A stretch of 64,000 bases of DNA from Eukaryota sp. TZLM1-RC (GCA_040285825.1 JAUPSS010000004.1:186001-250000); one strand, 5' to 3'; shown: positions 34,427 to 46,656, counted from the first letter of the stretch. Made by a program: numbers and translations. Notes: generated by a model not told the origin, from the letters alone.

Positions 34427-35500
34427 ATGGGCAATCTATGCAGCAGGGGACATGCTTACAAGGCCACATCTTCCCACAATATGTCAGATGTCCCTCTCTC
34501 CAACAACTCTGAACTCTCTCAACAAAATTCATTTCACTCTGGTCTTTTCCGTGAACACCGCCTCGTGAAGCCTGATGACCCAGTTTCCAACCACATCATC
34601 ATTGAAGACTCTACCAAATGTGATATTCTCATATGCAAACAGGTCGAACAAGTAAACGTTGATGTTGTCAAAGACTCTCTCCTCTACATTGGTCCTACCT
34701 CTGGCTCTGTCTTCATCCGTGATTGTTCGGATCTGCTTATAGTAGCCGCCTGTCAACAACTACGACTCGCGAATTGCAAGAACATTAGGGTTTCCTTATT
34801 GTGCAAGACAAGACCCATCATTGAGAGTAGCTCCAACATTGTCTTTTACCCTTATCATGGGGTTGAATACAAAGAACTACTCTCTCAATTAATGAAGGCA
34901 GATTTGTCTCCTTTTGTCAATTCTTGGTCCCATATTCATGACTTTACCCCATCTAATGATAACCAAAAGAATTACTCTACACGATTCTCTACACCCAACT
35001 TCCCCTTGCCAAGTGATCTACTTTTAGAACTTAAACCTAGCACGTTTTCTCCTGTGGTTCCACTTGTAAAAGGTTCTAAACCAACTACGAGTAGCTTTGC
35101 AGTGATTGTTTTGTTTTTTTGTCAACCAATTATGAAGAAATCAGGGGAGGTAAATAAGAAGAAATCAGTAGTATTAACAGATCGAAATTCTTTATTTGCA
35201 AAGTTTTTTAATCAATTATCTGCTATTGATTCCACTGTGATTTGTAATAGATCGGCCGAGCTAACTCTTTCTACTGTAGCTTCAGCACCTTCACACATTA
35301 AACCATTATTCGAAACTGGTCCTATAATAGCTGCTGAGTTTAGTGGAGTCAAGGGAATAGCAAAGAAGTCAAAGGAAGTCCTGACCTCCATGGAGGAAGC
35401 TAACCCGTCTAGATTGAGGGTTTCACTTCCTGTATGGGTAGCACCTGGTGGTGAAGTCAGTTTGTCGTTATTGAGATTGATTTTTTGTGAAGGAAAGTAG
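34427..35500 (+). CDS. RP2: XRP2/RP2-like TBCC-domain protein (ARL3 GAP family)
   Basis: MGNLCS acylation-type N-terminus, TBCC beta-helix (IGPTSGSVFIRDC, ACQQLRL, TRPIIESS, NSWSHIHDFTP) and an NDK-like tail (GPIIAAEFSG). Confidence 0.8.
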   Translation: MGNLCSRGHAYKATSSHNMSDVPLSNNSELSQQNSFHSGLFREHRLVKPDDPVSNHIIIEDSTKCDILICKQVEQVNVDVVKDSLLYIGPTSGSVFIRDCSDLLIVAACQQLRLANCKNIRVSLLCKTRPIIESSSNIVFYPYHGVEYKELLSQLMKADLSPFVNSWSHIHDFTPSNDNQKNYSTRFSTPNFPLPSDLLLELKPSTFSPVVPLVKGSKPTTSSFAVIVLFFCQPIMKKSGEVNKKKSVVLTDRNSLFAKFFNQLSAIDSTVICNRSAELTLSTVASAPSHIKPLFETGPIIAAEFSGVKGIAKKSKEVLTSMEEANPSRLRVSLPVWVAPGGEVSLSLLRLIFCEGK

Positions 35501-36034
35501 TAAGTTAATATTTTTTAGTTTTATTCTATGTCGACATTTTTTCTTTTGTTAATTATTTCTATTTCACTTTGCTGAGTGTTGATAAATGTCAAAATACAAC
35601 TTTTTTCAGAGAATTCATTATGTATTTAAAATGAGGAGGTAATCACTTTCCTAGAAACCAATCCAGATATATCATTGGAATAGTTGAATAGTACAAACAA
35701 TGCTAAATTCCATTTTGAAAACAATAGAACAAATGATAAACTAATAATGACTCAAAGTATTTACAGCAACAATTGGCGTCATATCACATTATCAGGTGGT
35801 CTTTAAACTTGTTCAATCGTCAGAACAGCAAAATTAGCAAAATTTTACAATTAAACTACCAGACTTAACCTTCACATAATCTCAGTATTCAAATCTATTA
35901 TAATGTACCCAAATCAAGTAAAGTTCATCTGAGGCTGAGAGAATACTAGTGGTTTCTGAGTTTGTCACATTTAAACTCAAAATTTCCTGGAATATTTTCA
36001 GAATATAGTATGGGTGTGTTTTCTCAATCAGCAC

Positions 36035-36210
36035 AAATCTCCAATTCAATTTGTTTTATTGATAGATTGCATCGGTTGTTCAATCGAATTAGAGAAGCTT
36101 TAGCGAGACAGCAAGCAGATCAAGATTCTGTAGAGGAAATCTTGGTTCAATGAATTTCGTCCCATTGGTTATGAGTTTATTTTGTTAAGTGTGCAAGTTT
36201 ACTAAATATA
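36035..36210 (+). mobile_element. Family A 3' end
   Basis: RLFNRIREALARQQADQDSVEEILVQ plus the 3' UTR. Confidence 0.8.
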
Positions 36211-36384
36211 GCAAGCCTTAATCAGCCAACATTTTCAGCAAATATATTCTTTAAAAGCGTTACAATAGTGCGTATATACCCCAAAAACCTGTTATTAATA
36301 TAGGAATTCTAAGTTTAAACTATTGAAATTGTAAAGAACAGTAATCAATCATTTTGATTTCAGAATTTTTTTAAATAATATTTA

Positions 36385-37232
36385 TTTATTAAACACATTA
36401 TAAATCAACATCTAAATAATCCATCTCTCCCACAACAAAACAACAAGATGGAGCTCTCTCATAGTGAGATCCAAGAGAAAGCAAAGCATCAGAAACCATC
36501 TTCAACATCCCCTTAAAAATAGAAAACAAAATTCTATTTTGCCAAAACAATCTGTTGAAATTTCAGCTAGTTCTTCTCTTTACAATCATTTCAAAATCTT
36601 TCAAAAAACGCAAAGCAGTTGGTGCAAGTGAACCAAAAAGAGAAAATACAAATGGATACAAATTGTATTTTGCATGCTGTTGACTGGACAATTTGGACAA
36701 AGGTTCATTGAATTTTTTGATTTTAAAATTTTCAGGATTTAAATGAGGATTATGAATTTCAGAATTAGCAAGCCTTTCATTTGAGACATTACAAGGATCA
36801 ACAGACAGTACGTCCACTAAAATGAAGGTTCCATCTAAACCAGGTAATATGACATCACCTCTTTTATTTTTATGAAAATCATCTTCAGCATCAAACAGAT
36901 TTGACAACAGAGGTTCCAAAAAGGATTCAATTCTATGAAACTTACACATACAGTAAAATTGGTCTCTTACAGCATCGTGAATTTTGCTTCTAAAAGTTAT
37001 AAAATGTTTACAATTTGACAAATGAAATCTCATATTCAAAGTCCAGGCAGAATCAGTTAAGTGAGTGCCATTAACTGGAGCAATGGTTGTTATTAAAACA
37101 GAAGTTGTACTATCATACATATCTTGTAAAAGATTCGCAAAAACGGAATTACTTTTCTTGGGCATGCCAAGTCTCATATCAAAATCCAAGCTTTTATAAA
37201 TGTTTGCTGAAGTTTTTTACAGCAAAACTGCA
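36385..37232 (-). mobile_element. Family C RLE non-LTR copy (5'-truncated, internal deletion)
   Basis: ORF 36563-37189 is colinear with 28588-28863 + 30039-30668. Confidence 0.85.
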
Positions 37233-37487
37233 AATTAAAAAGAGATCGGTTCATTAAAAATTCCACATTTTGACAAGTTGGTAATTATGAACTTTTTGCG
37301 CATGAAATTCTATGTAAAAATGACATAGTCCCAAAATGACATCCCGTCAGGATTTCAATAATAAATAATAAACACAATAATGAAATGAAGTTTGCTGAAC
37401 GGTACATGGAAGGCGAATGGTTTAATTATACTTGAAACAGACAATCCACAACATTTATTCCCTCCGATAAAAACACATGCTATTCAA

Positions 37488-38938
37488 TCAACAGTAGTTT
37501 GGCCATGCTGGACGAGGAGGACGACCAGGGACGTTGTAAGAGAAGACATCAATGGCTTTCACTTCTTGATTGTCTGCAACTGTCTTGAAGCTCACTCTGA
37601 ACACGAAAAGTTCTCTTTGAGAGGGTACGGTGTGTGGACCATGTAATGCTCCATATGACACATCAGAACACTGGCAGAATGGGCCTTTGCCTTGCACCAG
37701 TCTAATATCTTTGACACCATCCCAATTGAACAGGTCCGCAGTGTCTTCCTTCACAAATGTTGGTGGTGGAGTGTCGTCTCCATCTTCTTCATAGCCATCA
37801 CAATGTTGGTTGGTACAGTAAGGAAGGTGAATGGCATGCACTAAAGTTGATGGGGCTGCTCCTAAATCTTTCCTGTGTACATATGGATGAGTTCTTAAAC
37901 TCTCTGTGTCTTTGATTTCAGAGGGGAATCCAGAATCACAGATCACAAATGGTGCATCTGCTGTTGGAGTTCCTATTGAAACTTTAACCCCTGCAGGCGC
38001 ACTGAGCCAGTCACCCATTGTAGCAATCGTGTTGTCACCACTGGCAAGTTTTGCAATGGTGTCTTCGTTCATGTGAGCCGCCTCTACCTTAATTTCTTTA
38101 ATTCCTTCACTAAGGTCTATTCCTGCGATTAATTTAGGAGGATAATACACACCAGCAAAGTCGTCATTCGCTGGCGCACCCATTATCCACGACGGAGAAT
38201 TATCTCCTCCCAACTTGCAGTTCGTCGTCCTTGGGCAAGAAGTTTCCTTAATGTGGAAGAAGCCGTCGACTACTTTGGGACACTCGAAAGGGTTACTTGA
38301 AAGAGTGTAGATCAAATCAGCTTTTCCATCAGGAATTGGGGTAATAGGAGCCTTTCCATTGACACAGATGGTGCTTCTAGTGCCATCCAAAATGAGCAAT
38401 TGTTCGTCACTATTCACAAATTGAGGAAGGTAACAAACGACTTTGAAGGTGACTAGAAGGGTGTGAGAGACTTGTTCGAGATCAAGGTCATTTACCTCAA
38501 CGTTGAAGTAATGTACCTTATCGGCTTCGTCTACATGCTCTACTGCATCTAGGTCACCATTTTCAATGTTCAAGACCTCAATGCAGTCAGGGAAGGCTAG
38601 TTGATAGTGAAGCTCTCCAATTGGGCGATCACCGCAATGTGTTGTAATTTCCATGGTATGATCCTGGTGAACTTCAACAGCTCCATGAATAGCAACATTG
38701 ATATCGCAGTTCGAATTGTCAACACTCACCAGAGGCAAATCTTCTTCTTCACACTGAATCAATGGACGTACACCGTGACAGGTTCGTGGACTAGCCCATT
38801 TACGCTGAACTTAGATCAAAAACAACAACAAACACAGTAAGAAATGGGATTGGCCTTCTGACAGTATTCATCAGGATCCATACGTGTAATGGCCGCAGCG
38901 ATGCCGCATACCAGCAGTCCAAGGAGCAGTGACTTCAT
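37488..38938 (-). CDS. Cys/Asp-rich secreted or surface protein of unknown family, one 29-nt intron (38805-38833)
   Basis: Signal-peptide-like MKSLLLGLLVCGIAAA from ATG 38938. Removing gtttgt...gttcag joins ...ISYC to RKWASPRTCHGVRPLIQC, in frame with the 424-aa ORF. The 3' end is less certain. Confidence 0.7.
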
Positions 38939-40474
38939 TGGGGATTAATGGAAATTTTGTTGTGTTGCTATGGAAATTGAAAGCTGTAGACTGCTGTACA
39001 AGTTTACAGTTTATGGTTTGCTCTATTGTAAAGTTGGGTTTTTTTGTAATTGCTTTGAAAATTTGCTGTTTTGATTGTCAACAAAATTACAAATTTTTGA
39101 ATTTTGAATTTTGAATTTTTGAACCGTTTGAAAGGGTAATCAAAAAACAGCAAATATTAAGAAGAAGGACAAATCTTTTATCCATCTCTACTAGATCAAA
39201 CTTCAAACTGACTTCCAAAGCTCAATCATTTTCCCACAATCACTGCATCCAACAAAATGTCTTAGTGGCAAAAAGGGTATGTTATTAGACGCCTTTGGAA
39301 GAATATCGCAACATTACAGGATTTAAGTCAAGAACGTATTTAGACCCTTGATATTACGAAAATCTTGCTATTCATCAGTAATTGTTTCTATAAAAAATCT
39401 GTTGCGTAGGGAAAACCGATGGAAGAACAAAATACATCTTCAAAACGAGAAAACCATACATATTGATTCAGAACTGTGATTCAAACAAAAAGGTGACTAT
39501 AATCAATTTCAGCTCCGAATTATTGCATTGGCAATAAAATAATTTTCAATATATTGATGCCAATACAGAATTGGTAGCTGAATCTGTTTATTGTAATGAA
39601 TTGTTCCATATTACAATATACTGACAATAACGGTCACTTATTGGTTTTGTAAGATCAAGCAAACATTAAATCTATTTACAAATAGAACATGTTTTTTTGA
39701 TCAAACAAGGAGTTGTCCCAGCTCTTTTTCAAACAAACAGAGTTCAAGTAGTAAGAAACTCCAAATGCAGTTGTTTTTCCAGTCCAATAATTAGCTCGAA
39801 TAGTGACCTCGAGATAGTCAGCGAAATGTGTACACAATATTGGTGTCCTGAAGATGAAAAAGTCGACCATGATGAGAAGGTACAAGTAGAGTCGTGTTTA
39901 GTTTTATAGATTTGTTTGTTCTCATGTTTTGAAAAGGTCAATATATATCAATATTTTCCATTATAATATAAACAATATTATTGTATTGGGGTCAGACCAA
40001 TTTATTGCCAAGACCAATTGCTAAAAGATCAATAGTTCTGAGCCGTGCTTAAAATGGACCCAAGGCTATCAAATAAGTAGCATCAGTGTTGCTGATTCCA
40101 TTAATCTTGAAAATGAAACTAAGAACGACAAAATGTGAGTCATAGACTGTCATAGACTGCTGCACTGCCAATACCAATGAATGGGCCGTGGAGGCCTGGG
40201 AAAAGTACGTCAACAGTTCTCTGAACATGTTGAAAATGAAACACTGCCCTAATAGGAACATACCAAAGGTATCTGATGTAGGTGAAAAAAAAACGAGTTG
40301 AAAATTAAAAATTAAAAGAGATAATAAAATTAAATTTATTAACAAGAATAGCAACAAGCATTTTTGAGGTACCACCAAAAAAGAAAAATAGAAAAGTATT
40401 GAAAAACACAGTTTGGTTATAGAGTGACAAAAATAAAATAAATAGAATTCAATCAATCAATCAATCAATCAAAT

Positions 40475-43162
40475 CTATGACGTAGCGTGACAAGAAAGCT
40501 GTTGACCAAGCAGAACCCCAACCATATCGGCTTCTACTAAGAAATACCTGGGACAATCCTTTACTTTTGGTGATTGGCCCAAGAGTCTATTAATAGCTTC
40601 CCTTTTCCTATTTTTAGATCTTGGATGAACATCTACTAGATTATAAAGCAAAACTCGTTTTTCTGGTGGCCAACTTGATAATTCTTTAATCATTGATTTA
40701 ATTTCTTTATTGTAAAGTTTGGAATTTTTCTTTTTTACTTTTTTGAATTCATTATAGTTATAAAAAGGAACGGGTTTTGTTGACGTGATCCACCAGGTTA
40801 ATACCTGACAAGTAGGCAAATCACCAATCAATAATGACAACTTGTACAACTCGTATTTGAGAGCCGACAGGAAAAAAAGGGGATCATGAGAAAAAGAAAA
40901 CGAAAATTTGATAAAATGACATCTGACGGACAATGGTGTATTAATCATCGTCCAAATCGAAATAATCTTAAATATAATCAAATTGATTGAGGAGTGCAAA
41001 GTTCGATAAAATGACCTTCTGGAAAGGAAACCTTTGATGATTGATTGTAATTTGATTGAATTGGACTTCATTAATTTGTACCTATTTTTAGCAACATTCA
41101 TTCTAATAATTGATTGAAGCTTGATTGTCGATAATCTCAGCTGAGACCAACGCATCACGTGCAATTTTGATCTTATGATTGATTGAATATCATCGACCGA
41201 GTCAAGTGATTTCAACAAACTTTTTCGTTGGAGATATCCCTTGAAAAGTTTTTGCAAAACAAAAACAGAGGATTTCAAACGTTTAAACCTGAGAGAAACA
41301 AGACAAGATCTAATAAAGACTTGCAAAGGCTCATAATCAAACACAGCATCGACAGGATTTTCCGTGACTGTGAGCTCTTTTTCTACAAGTGAAATTTTGG
41401 GGAATAAATGATTGTCGTCAGGAGAAGAAGTCAATTCAAACGAATTTTTGGAAACAAAGAGATCAAAATCATTTGAAACGTGTGCTCCAAAAATTTCAAC
41501 CTTTGAAAATTTCAAATCTGGAAAAGTATTTGTTCTGGTAAAATTGCTTTGAAAACTAGCCGAATAAGTATTCAAAGGTGGCAGAAAATAAACACAATTT
41601 AGGTTCAAATCAGACTTATCTAGAAATGGTGTTGGTTTCTTGCTTATAGAGAAAGCTGAACGATTAATTTTTGCAATTAATTGCTCCTCAAAAAATAATA
41701 GTTCAAATGAAAAACAAGGCGGTGAGAGTCTATTTTCCAGAAAAGTCCAAAATCCGGCAGAATCTACGAGACCTTTGATCCAAGCACGAGAACTTTCAGG
41801 AAATGACGTAACAAATGAATCTTTATTGAATATCTGAGTGAGTCTGAGATTTGCAGAAGATTTTGGCTGGATGAATTGCCTTAAATTTTGAAAAATACTT
41901 GTGAAAACCCGTAAAAAACTCTTTCTAATTTTAGTAGCATCAAATCGGCAATCATGCTTAATCACGAACATATTTAAATTAAGCTCACCAAGCAATTTGG
42001 CTTCAAATATACCCTCAAACTCTGTATTTGGTGTAGGTCTACCCAAAAGAGGTAACATTGAAGTACGCTGATCATAGAGATCCGACCTAAAGTTAGATCG
42101 GACTTTACTGGCTTTAGGAAGATACAAATAGTCCAGATCGCATTGTTTCAGACTTTTCCACAATTTAGAGTATAGTTTGTCAGGTAGGTTTAACTGTGAT
42201 TGATTGCCTTTACCAAACTTAATAACATCAGAATCCAGATAAACGCAAATAGCTTCCCTCTTGTATAAATTGGGATCCAACTCTGTAACATCACCAAGGT
42301 CCCGGGTTCGATTCCCAGCAGTGCCATTCAATACACCAAAAATGTAAGGTATAGGATTGTGAAGAGCAAAAGACTCAACAGTTTCAGCATTTAGTATTTC
42401 GCAGAGAGAATGAAGAAATTTAAAAGGGTACAAAATCGCTATAAAGAATTCAATTACAGTTGATAATAAAGGTGCATTTGATGAAATAAAAATAACCGAC
42501 TGTTCTGCTGTAATACTTGTGAAAACAGTGATTACATTCTCAATGGAGAGTCTTTCAAAAACAGTGGCAATATTGACATCCAAAAGAGGAAACGAATTTA
42601 TTGGCGGGGTGACCAAAGCAATTGATGTTGACAAAAAGTCGAATTGAACTGCTTTTCCGGCAGAGGGCAAGGGGATCTTGGTTAAGAAAACCACAGCTTG
42701 AACTATATCACTAGTGGAGGTTCCAGATCTAACAGCAGAGAGGAGAGCAGTGAGGGAGGAATGAATTGGACCGAATTGTTTGTGTGAGGTGAGCAGAACA
42801 AGAGCCGAGGTGGCTTTAGTGACGTGGCGAGACGTAGATCCTGGAGGTAAACGGTGAGGGGGTATTAATTCTGTGAATTGAAGTATGGAAGCATGTCGGC
42901 GATTACCAGAGATATCTGTAATAGTGATGGTAAAGAACTGAGTAGGAGGGGAACGGGTTTCAGAAGAGGGAATGACGTTGACACCCTGTGGAAGGAGGGA
43001 CTTTTCTATATGAGGTGGAAGTGGCGGCACATCAGATACTGAATACTGACTGAGTATAGATGGCGAATAAGAGTGATCAGGACGGAATCGGGAAGATGGT
43101 AGTTGTGTAGAAGACGAACTGAGCCCTACATGAACAAAATGCTCAACAAACCGATTGAGCAT
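40475..43162 (-). CDS. DENN-domain protein (Rab GEF family) with IQ motifs
   Basis: uDENN (FVEHFVHVG, LPQGV, FTITITDISGNRRH), cDENN (EQSVIFIS, LYPF, PIPYIFGV, VYLD), dDENN (FLRVFTSIF...FWTFLENR) and IQ repeats (LQSIIRM, LQSIIKGFLSRR). Start at 43162 or 43216. Confidence 0.85.
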   Translation of the reverse strand: MLNRFVEHFVHVGLSSSSTQLPSSRFRPDHSYSPSILSQYSVSDVPPLPPHIEKSLLPQGVNVIPSSETRSPPTQFFTITITDISGNRRHASILQFTELIPPHRLPPGSTSRHVTKATSALVLLTSHKQFGPIHSSLTALLSAVRSGTSTSDIVQAVVFLTKIPLPSAGKAVQFDFLSTSIALVTPPINSFPLLDVNIATVFERLSIENVITVFTSITAEQSVIFISSNAPLLSTVIEFFIAILYPFKFLHSLCEILNAETVESFALHNPIPYIFGVLNGTAGNRTRDLGDVTELDPNLYKREAICVYLDSDVIKFGKGNQSQLNLPDKLYSKLWKSLKQCDLDYLYLPKASKVRSNFRSDLYDQRTSMLPLLGRPTPNTEFEGIFEAKLLGELNLNMFVIKHDCRFDATKIRKSFLRVFTSIFQNLRQFIQPKSSANLRLTQIFNKDSFVTSFPESSRAWIKGLVDSAGFWTFLENRLSPPCFSFELLFFEEQLIAKINRSAFSISKKPTPFLDKSDLNLNCVYFLPPLNTYSASFQSNFTRTNTFPDLKFSKVEIFGAHVSNDFDLFVSKNSFELTSSPDDNHLFPKISLVEKELTVTENPVDAVFDYEPLQVFIRSCLVSLRFKRLKSSVFVLQKLFKGYLQRKSLLKSLDSVDDIQSIIRSKLHVMRWSQLRLSTIKLQSIIRMNVAKNRYKLMKSNSIKLQSIIKGFLSRRSFYRTLHSSINLIIFKIISIWTMINTPLSVRCHFIKFSFSFSHDPLFFLSALKYELYKLSLLIGDLPTCQVLTWWITSTKPVPFYNYNEFKKVKKKNSKLYNKEIKSMIKELSSWPPEKRVLLYNLVDVHPRSKNRKREAINRLLGQSPKVKDCPRYFLVEADMVGVLLGQQLSCHATS

Positions 43163-44082
43163 TATGTACTTTTTGGAAAAACAAAAATTCATCAGATTCC
43201 TCAGTACTGGGTCCATGGCCAGTTATATCGTAGAATGATAGCTGGCTTCAAGTAAATCAAACTCCATGCATAAACAAAATAATAGAAGTCATCTAAATCC
43301 TCTCCAACACTTTATTGTGCCTTTCACACAGATTTTTACCCGCGCTAACATTTCCTCAGCATTCTCATTTCTTGTCCTAGAAATTTGCCTTTTGGAAATA
43401 CTAAAATCAAAATTGTTACTTCGGACACAAGAATATTTTCACCGTCACTTTCAACTGCACCTTCCTCATTGACAAGCCAAAATTGTAAGAACGAACGAGA
43501 CGATTGCATTGAAAGACAAAGTATTTTTGATATTCTTTAGACTCAAGTAATCACATTGCAAATGAAAGATTGTTTACTAAATTACTGTGAATTTCACTTA
43601 TCATCAATGTTAGAATTCCGAACGTTCGCAACCCTTCCGAACGTTCGGCCGAACTAGTTTTTGTTCATTTACACGTGTCAACACAGTTTTGTTTAAAAAT
43701 GTTTTCCCAAATCCCTATTTCAACTACTACAATAGATTTCATTGTTTAAAAATCTGTATTCATACAAAAATCACCTTCTTTACATCAACTTTCTTCAATG
43801 CCAAAGCACCCTGTTTACAAACTTCTAGACAACGTTAATTACGATAAAGTGTCCAAAAATATTACTTCACAATGCCGCTGCTGCAGTAAAATGCTAAAAG
43901 GTTCAGCCCATCGCTTTTCCTCCCATTTCATTAAGGAGTATAGAGCTGGATATGCCTTATGTACTCAATTTTCCACCATTTCTGTCAAGGATATAAACAC
44001 TGTCCGTGTTCATGAAGGATATGATGCTCTTCCTGTTCCCGTACAGTTGTTTATGATGGTTGGAAGGATGTAAATGGTTCAT

Positions 44083-45647
44083 TGTTGGCGCCTTTAGGCT
44101 TAAATAGAATAAGGGCAAAATAAATCAACTTTATGTCATGCTCTTTATGTCAATCATCTTTATCTCAACCACTTTTGCAGCCTAAGGCAACAATAATTAT
44201 TGGCCGTATTAGGTTATAGGTATACCGCTTACACAACTTACAGCAATCAAACAGAGGATATTTTTAGCAGATATCATGTCAGCCTCTCTTTGCCAGGACA
44301 CTGACTCTAGTCAAATTTTTTACATTGAACAGATGCAACAGTACGACAGAGATGCTTCTAGCATACATACAACATCAGTAGGGACTGAAGAGTCGAATAA
44401 AGAAGAGGACTCGGGCTCGAGACCACCCTCCGCCCCTCCTCATGAGAAAGATATGGAACCAGGCACGGAATCACCTCCTGCCTCTTCCATGTCCAACAAA
44501 CCAGATAAGCTTTCAGGAACGGGACCACCCCCCTCCTCACCTAAAGAAAATGTTGGGTTAAGCTCAGATACTTCGTCTGCTCTAAAGGACTACGAAGAAC
44601 TTCAGTCCGTCTTAGAAGAAATGGACGACCAAGAGAAAGAGCTTCGCCAACAGATAATGAAGGACGCGGAAGCCCACCTTGAACCTACAGATTACTGTTT
44701 GTTTGAGCAGCTCCCTCCTTTATGGAAGCAAATCCAAAAGAGAGGTAGAAACGTTGGATTTCAAACACTGGAAATGAGGCTACGGGTATAGACCCCTCCT
44801 CCATCAAAACGACAACAAAAAAACCGGGTTACGAGGGTTCTAGTGTAGAATCCTCCTCCCCCAGTCAATGTACGAGGTTACGATTACAAACTCCACCTCC
44901 AACAATAATGAATTACAAGGGCAGATATACGGAAGTTGCTCCCTCCCCCTTCCCTTTTAAAAAAAAGTCAAGGTTGAGTAATGGGATACAGGTACAGTCA
45001 TCGAGCTCACCTCTTCCAGTGAATGGGAACGACGATGTATTTTAACCCTCCCACTTTAACAATTTTTGTAGACAGGCAGTACTTTAACAACAAATGATGC
45101 CTCTTTCAGATTTTTGAACTTTGTTACTTTGTTTACTGTTGTTTTCAGTCCATCATAGACCCTGCATATTTATTAGCGAATCCATTATTCGATTCCATAA
45201 TAACTTTACTAAACGACACTACCACGTTACTCGTCTACGAAAAAAGGAAAAAGCAGAACGTCATTATGTAACGACTAAAGCTAATACAACAAAGTATTCA
45301 AACACATGGATCTTGGAACCAGTTCTTTTACGTTATTGCTCACTCCTTTATTCTACATTATTGTTAAAGGGATATAATACATCAACTATCAAGAAGTAAG
45401 ACCCGTGTTTTTGTGAATCCAGTGCGAAAATAATAGTAGACATCAGGACACATTAGAATTTAGTTATTAGTATTTTGTATATTTATAGTTTAGTTATTAG
45501 TTTAAAGTTAATTAATTTTGAAAAAGGGAAGAAGTAGTGTTGGCGCCTTTAGGCTTAAATAGAATAAGGGCAAAATAAATCAACTTTATGTCATGCTCTT
45601 TATGTCAATCATCTTTATCTCAACCACTTTTGCAGCCTAAGGCAACA
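44083..45647 (+). mobile_element. Small non-autonomous LTR element 2 (1565 bp, TRIM-like) nested in the hAT
   Basis: Identical 110-bp LTRs 44083-44192 and 45538-45647 (TG...CA), 4-bp TSD tcat, PPT gaaaaagggaagaagtag at 45520-45537. Confidence 0.93.
44276..44791 (+). CDS. ORF inside LTR element 2 (acidic/Pro-rich + coiled coil), function unknown
   Basis: 171-aa ATG-started ORF with no RT, IN or zinc-knuckle motifs. Confidence 0.5.
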   Translation: MSASLCQDTDSSQIFYIEQMQQYDRDASSIHTTSVGTEESNKEEDSGSRPPSAPPHEKDMEPGTESPPASSMSNKPDKLSGTGPPPSSPKENVGLSSDTSSALKDYEELQSVLEEMDDQEKELRQQIMKDAEAHLEPTDYCLFEQLPPLWKQIQKRGRNVGFQTLEMRLRV

Positions 45648-46181
45648 TCATCTTTATTAAATATTCTTTTGGTAAGCAACACTTTCTCTTTCTTTGTAAA
45701 ATCAATAAACATATCTGATGAAAAAAAGCCTGGTTATACACTTTATTTAAAATTGAAAAAAGTTGTTGATTGTGTTGGCCCAAATTTAATTACTCATATT
45801 GTGTCAGACAGTGCCACCAATTGCCTTTCCGCTTGCTCACTCCTTATCGCCGATTATCCTCATATTCTGTTTTCTCCTTGTGCCTCTCATACTTTGGATT
45901 TAGATGTTGTAGAACTTTCTGAATAAAAGTTTAGTTTGTTAGTTGATAGTGAGTGTAATAGCATAACGAAGGAGGAGATAAACAGCGTATTGATATTAAT
46001 GAATCAAAACGAGATCCGAACGTATCAGTAGGTGCCGAACGTTCGGCCGAACTAGTTCAGTAATTCTAACATTGCTTATCATGCATTCCCCTGTGAAATT
46101 CACTCCTGTTTTCAACTTTCTCAATGTCTACTCACAGGCTGTAAGAGACATGTAGCATCATTTGACAAAGACAATCATGAT

Positions 46182-46656
46182 CTTCATCAATGGGCTACCT
46201 CACTTAAAAACACCTACTGCTTTCACAGAACGAAGCCTCGCGACTTGATGTATTTACGTGGATCTACCAAACGTTACTAAGGCATTTGTAGATCGGTCTC
46301 AAAAGTTTTAGTTTCTGCATGCTCACGTTCCCTATTCATCTCCTCAACAGAGCATCAGGGCAAATGTATCTTTCCTGTCACAATTCCGCTTCATCAATGG
46401 GCTACTTCACTTAAATACACCTACTGCTTTCACAGAACGAAGCCTCGCGACTTGATGTATTTACGTGGATCTACCAAACGTTACTATGGCATTTGTAGAT
46501 TGGTCTCAAAAGTTTTTCAAAAAAATTAAAAATAAAATAAATAACTCAAAATAAAATATCAGCTTTTAAAAAGTTTTAGTTTCTGTATGCTCACGTTCCC
46601 TATTCATCTCCTCAACAGAGCTTTTGGGCAAATGTTTCTTTCCTGTCACAATTCCG
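46182..46656 (-). ncRNA. Two tandem copies (207-bp unit) of a putative Fanzor omegaRNA
   Basis: Units 46389-46656 (with a 52-bp insert) and 46182-46388 start at the Fanzor stop codon. On the Fanzor strand a ~14-bp stem (cacgtaaatacatc/ggtgtatttaagtg) closes two hairpins capped by GCGA and GAAA tetraloops, preceded by a gatctac...gtagatc hairpin. Confidence 0.6.

Larger units (their letters stand above)
43605..46074 (+). mobile_element. hAT DNA transposon (BED finger + DUF659 transposase remnant), internally deleted
   Basis: 13-bp TIRs caatgttagaatt/aattctaacattg and 8-bp TSD cttatcat (43597-43604 / 46075-46082); subterminal ccgaacgttcggccgaactagtt at 43637 and 46035; CRCC...H...C BED-like ORF 43798-44073. 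YDGWKDVNGSSLLNILLV...HIVSDSATNC...SPCASHTLDL is restored when the nested LTR element is removed. Confidence 0.93.

Noticed and set aside
44201-44218. TGG-starting tRNA PBS 8-10 nt downstream of the LTRs
   Set aside because: Too far from the LTR end, different in the two elements, and not matching any tRNA 3' end I recognise. A search against the organism's tRNAs is still needed.
43618-46057. ccgaacgttcgg palindromic repeats as a CRISPR-like array
   Set aside because: Only 2+2 copies next to the TIRs with no spacers; these are typical hAT subterminal transposase-binding repeats.
46182-46656. Hammerhead ribozyme in the tandem unit (ttgatga...gaaa)
   Set aside because: No CUGANGA core with a properly paired stem II and cleavage triplet; position at the Fanzor 3' end favours an omegaRNA.
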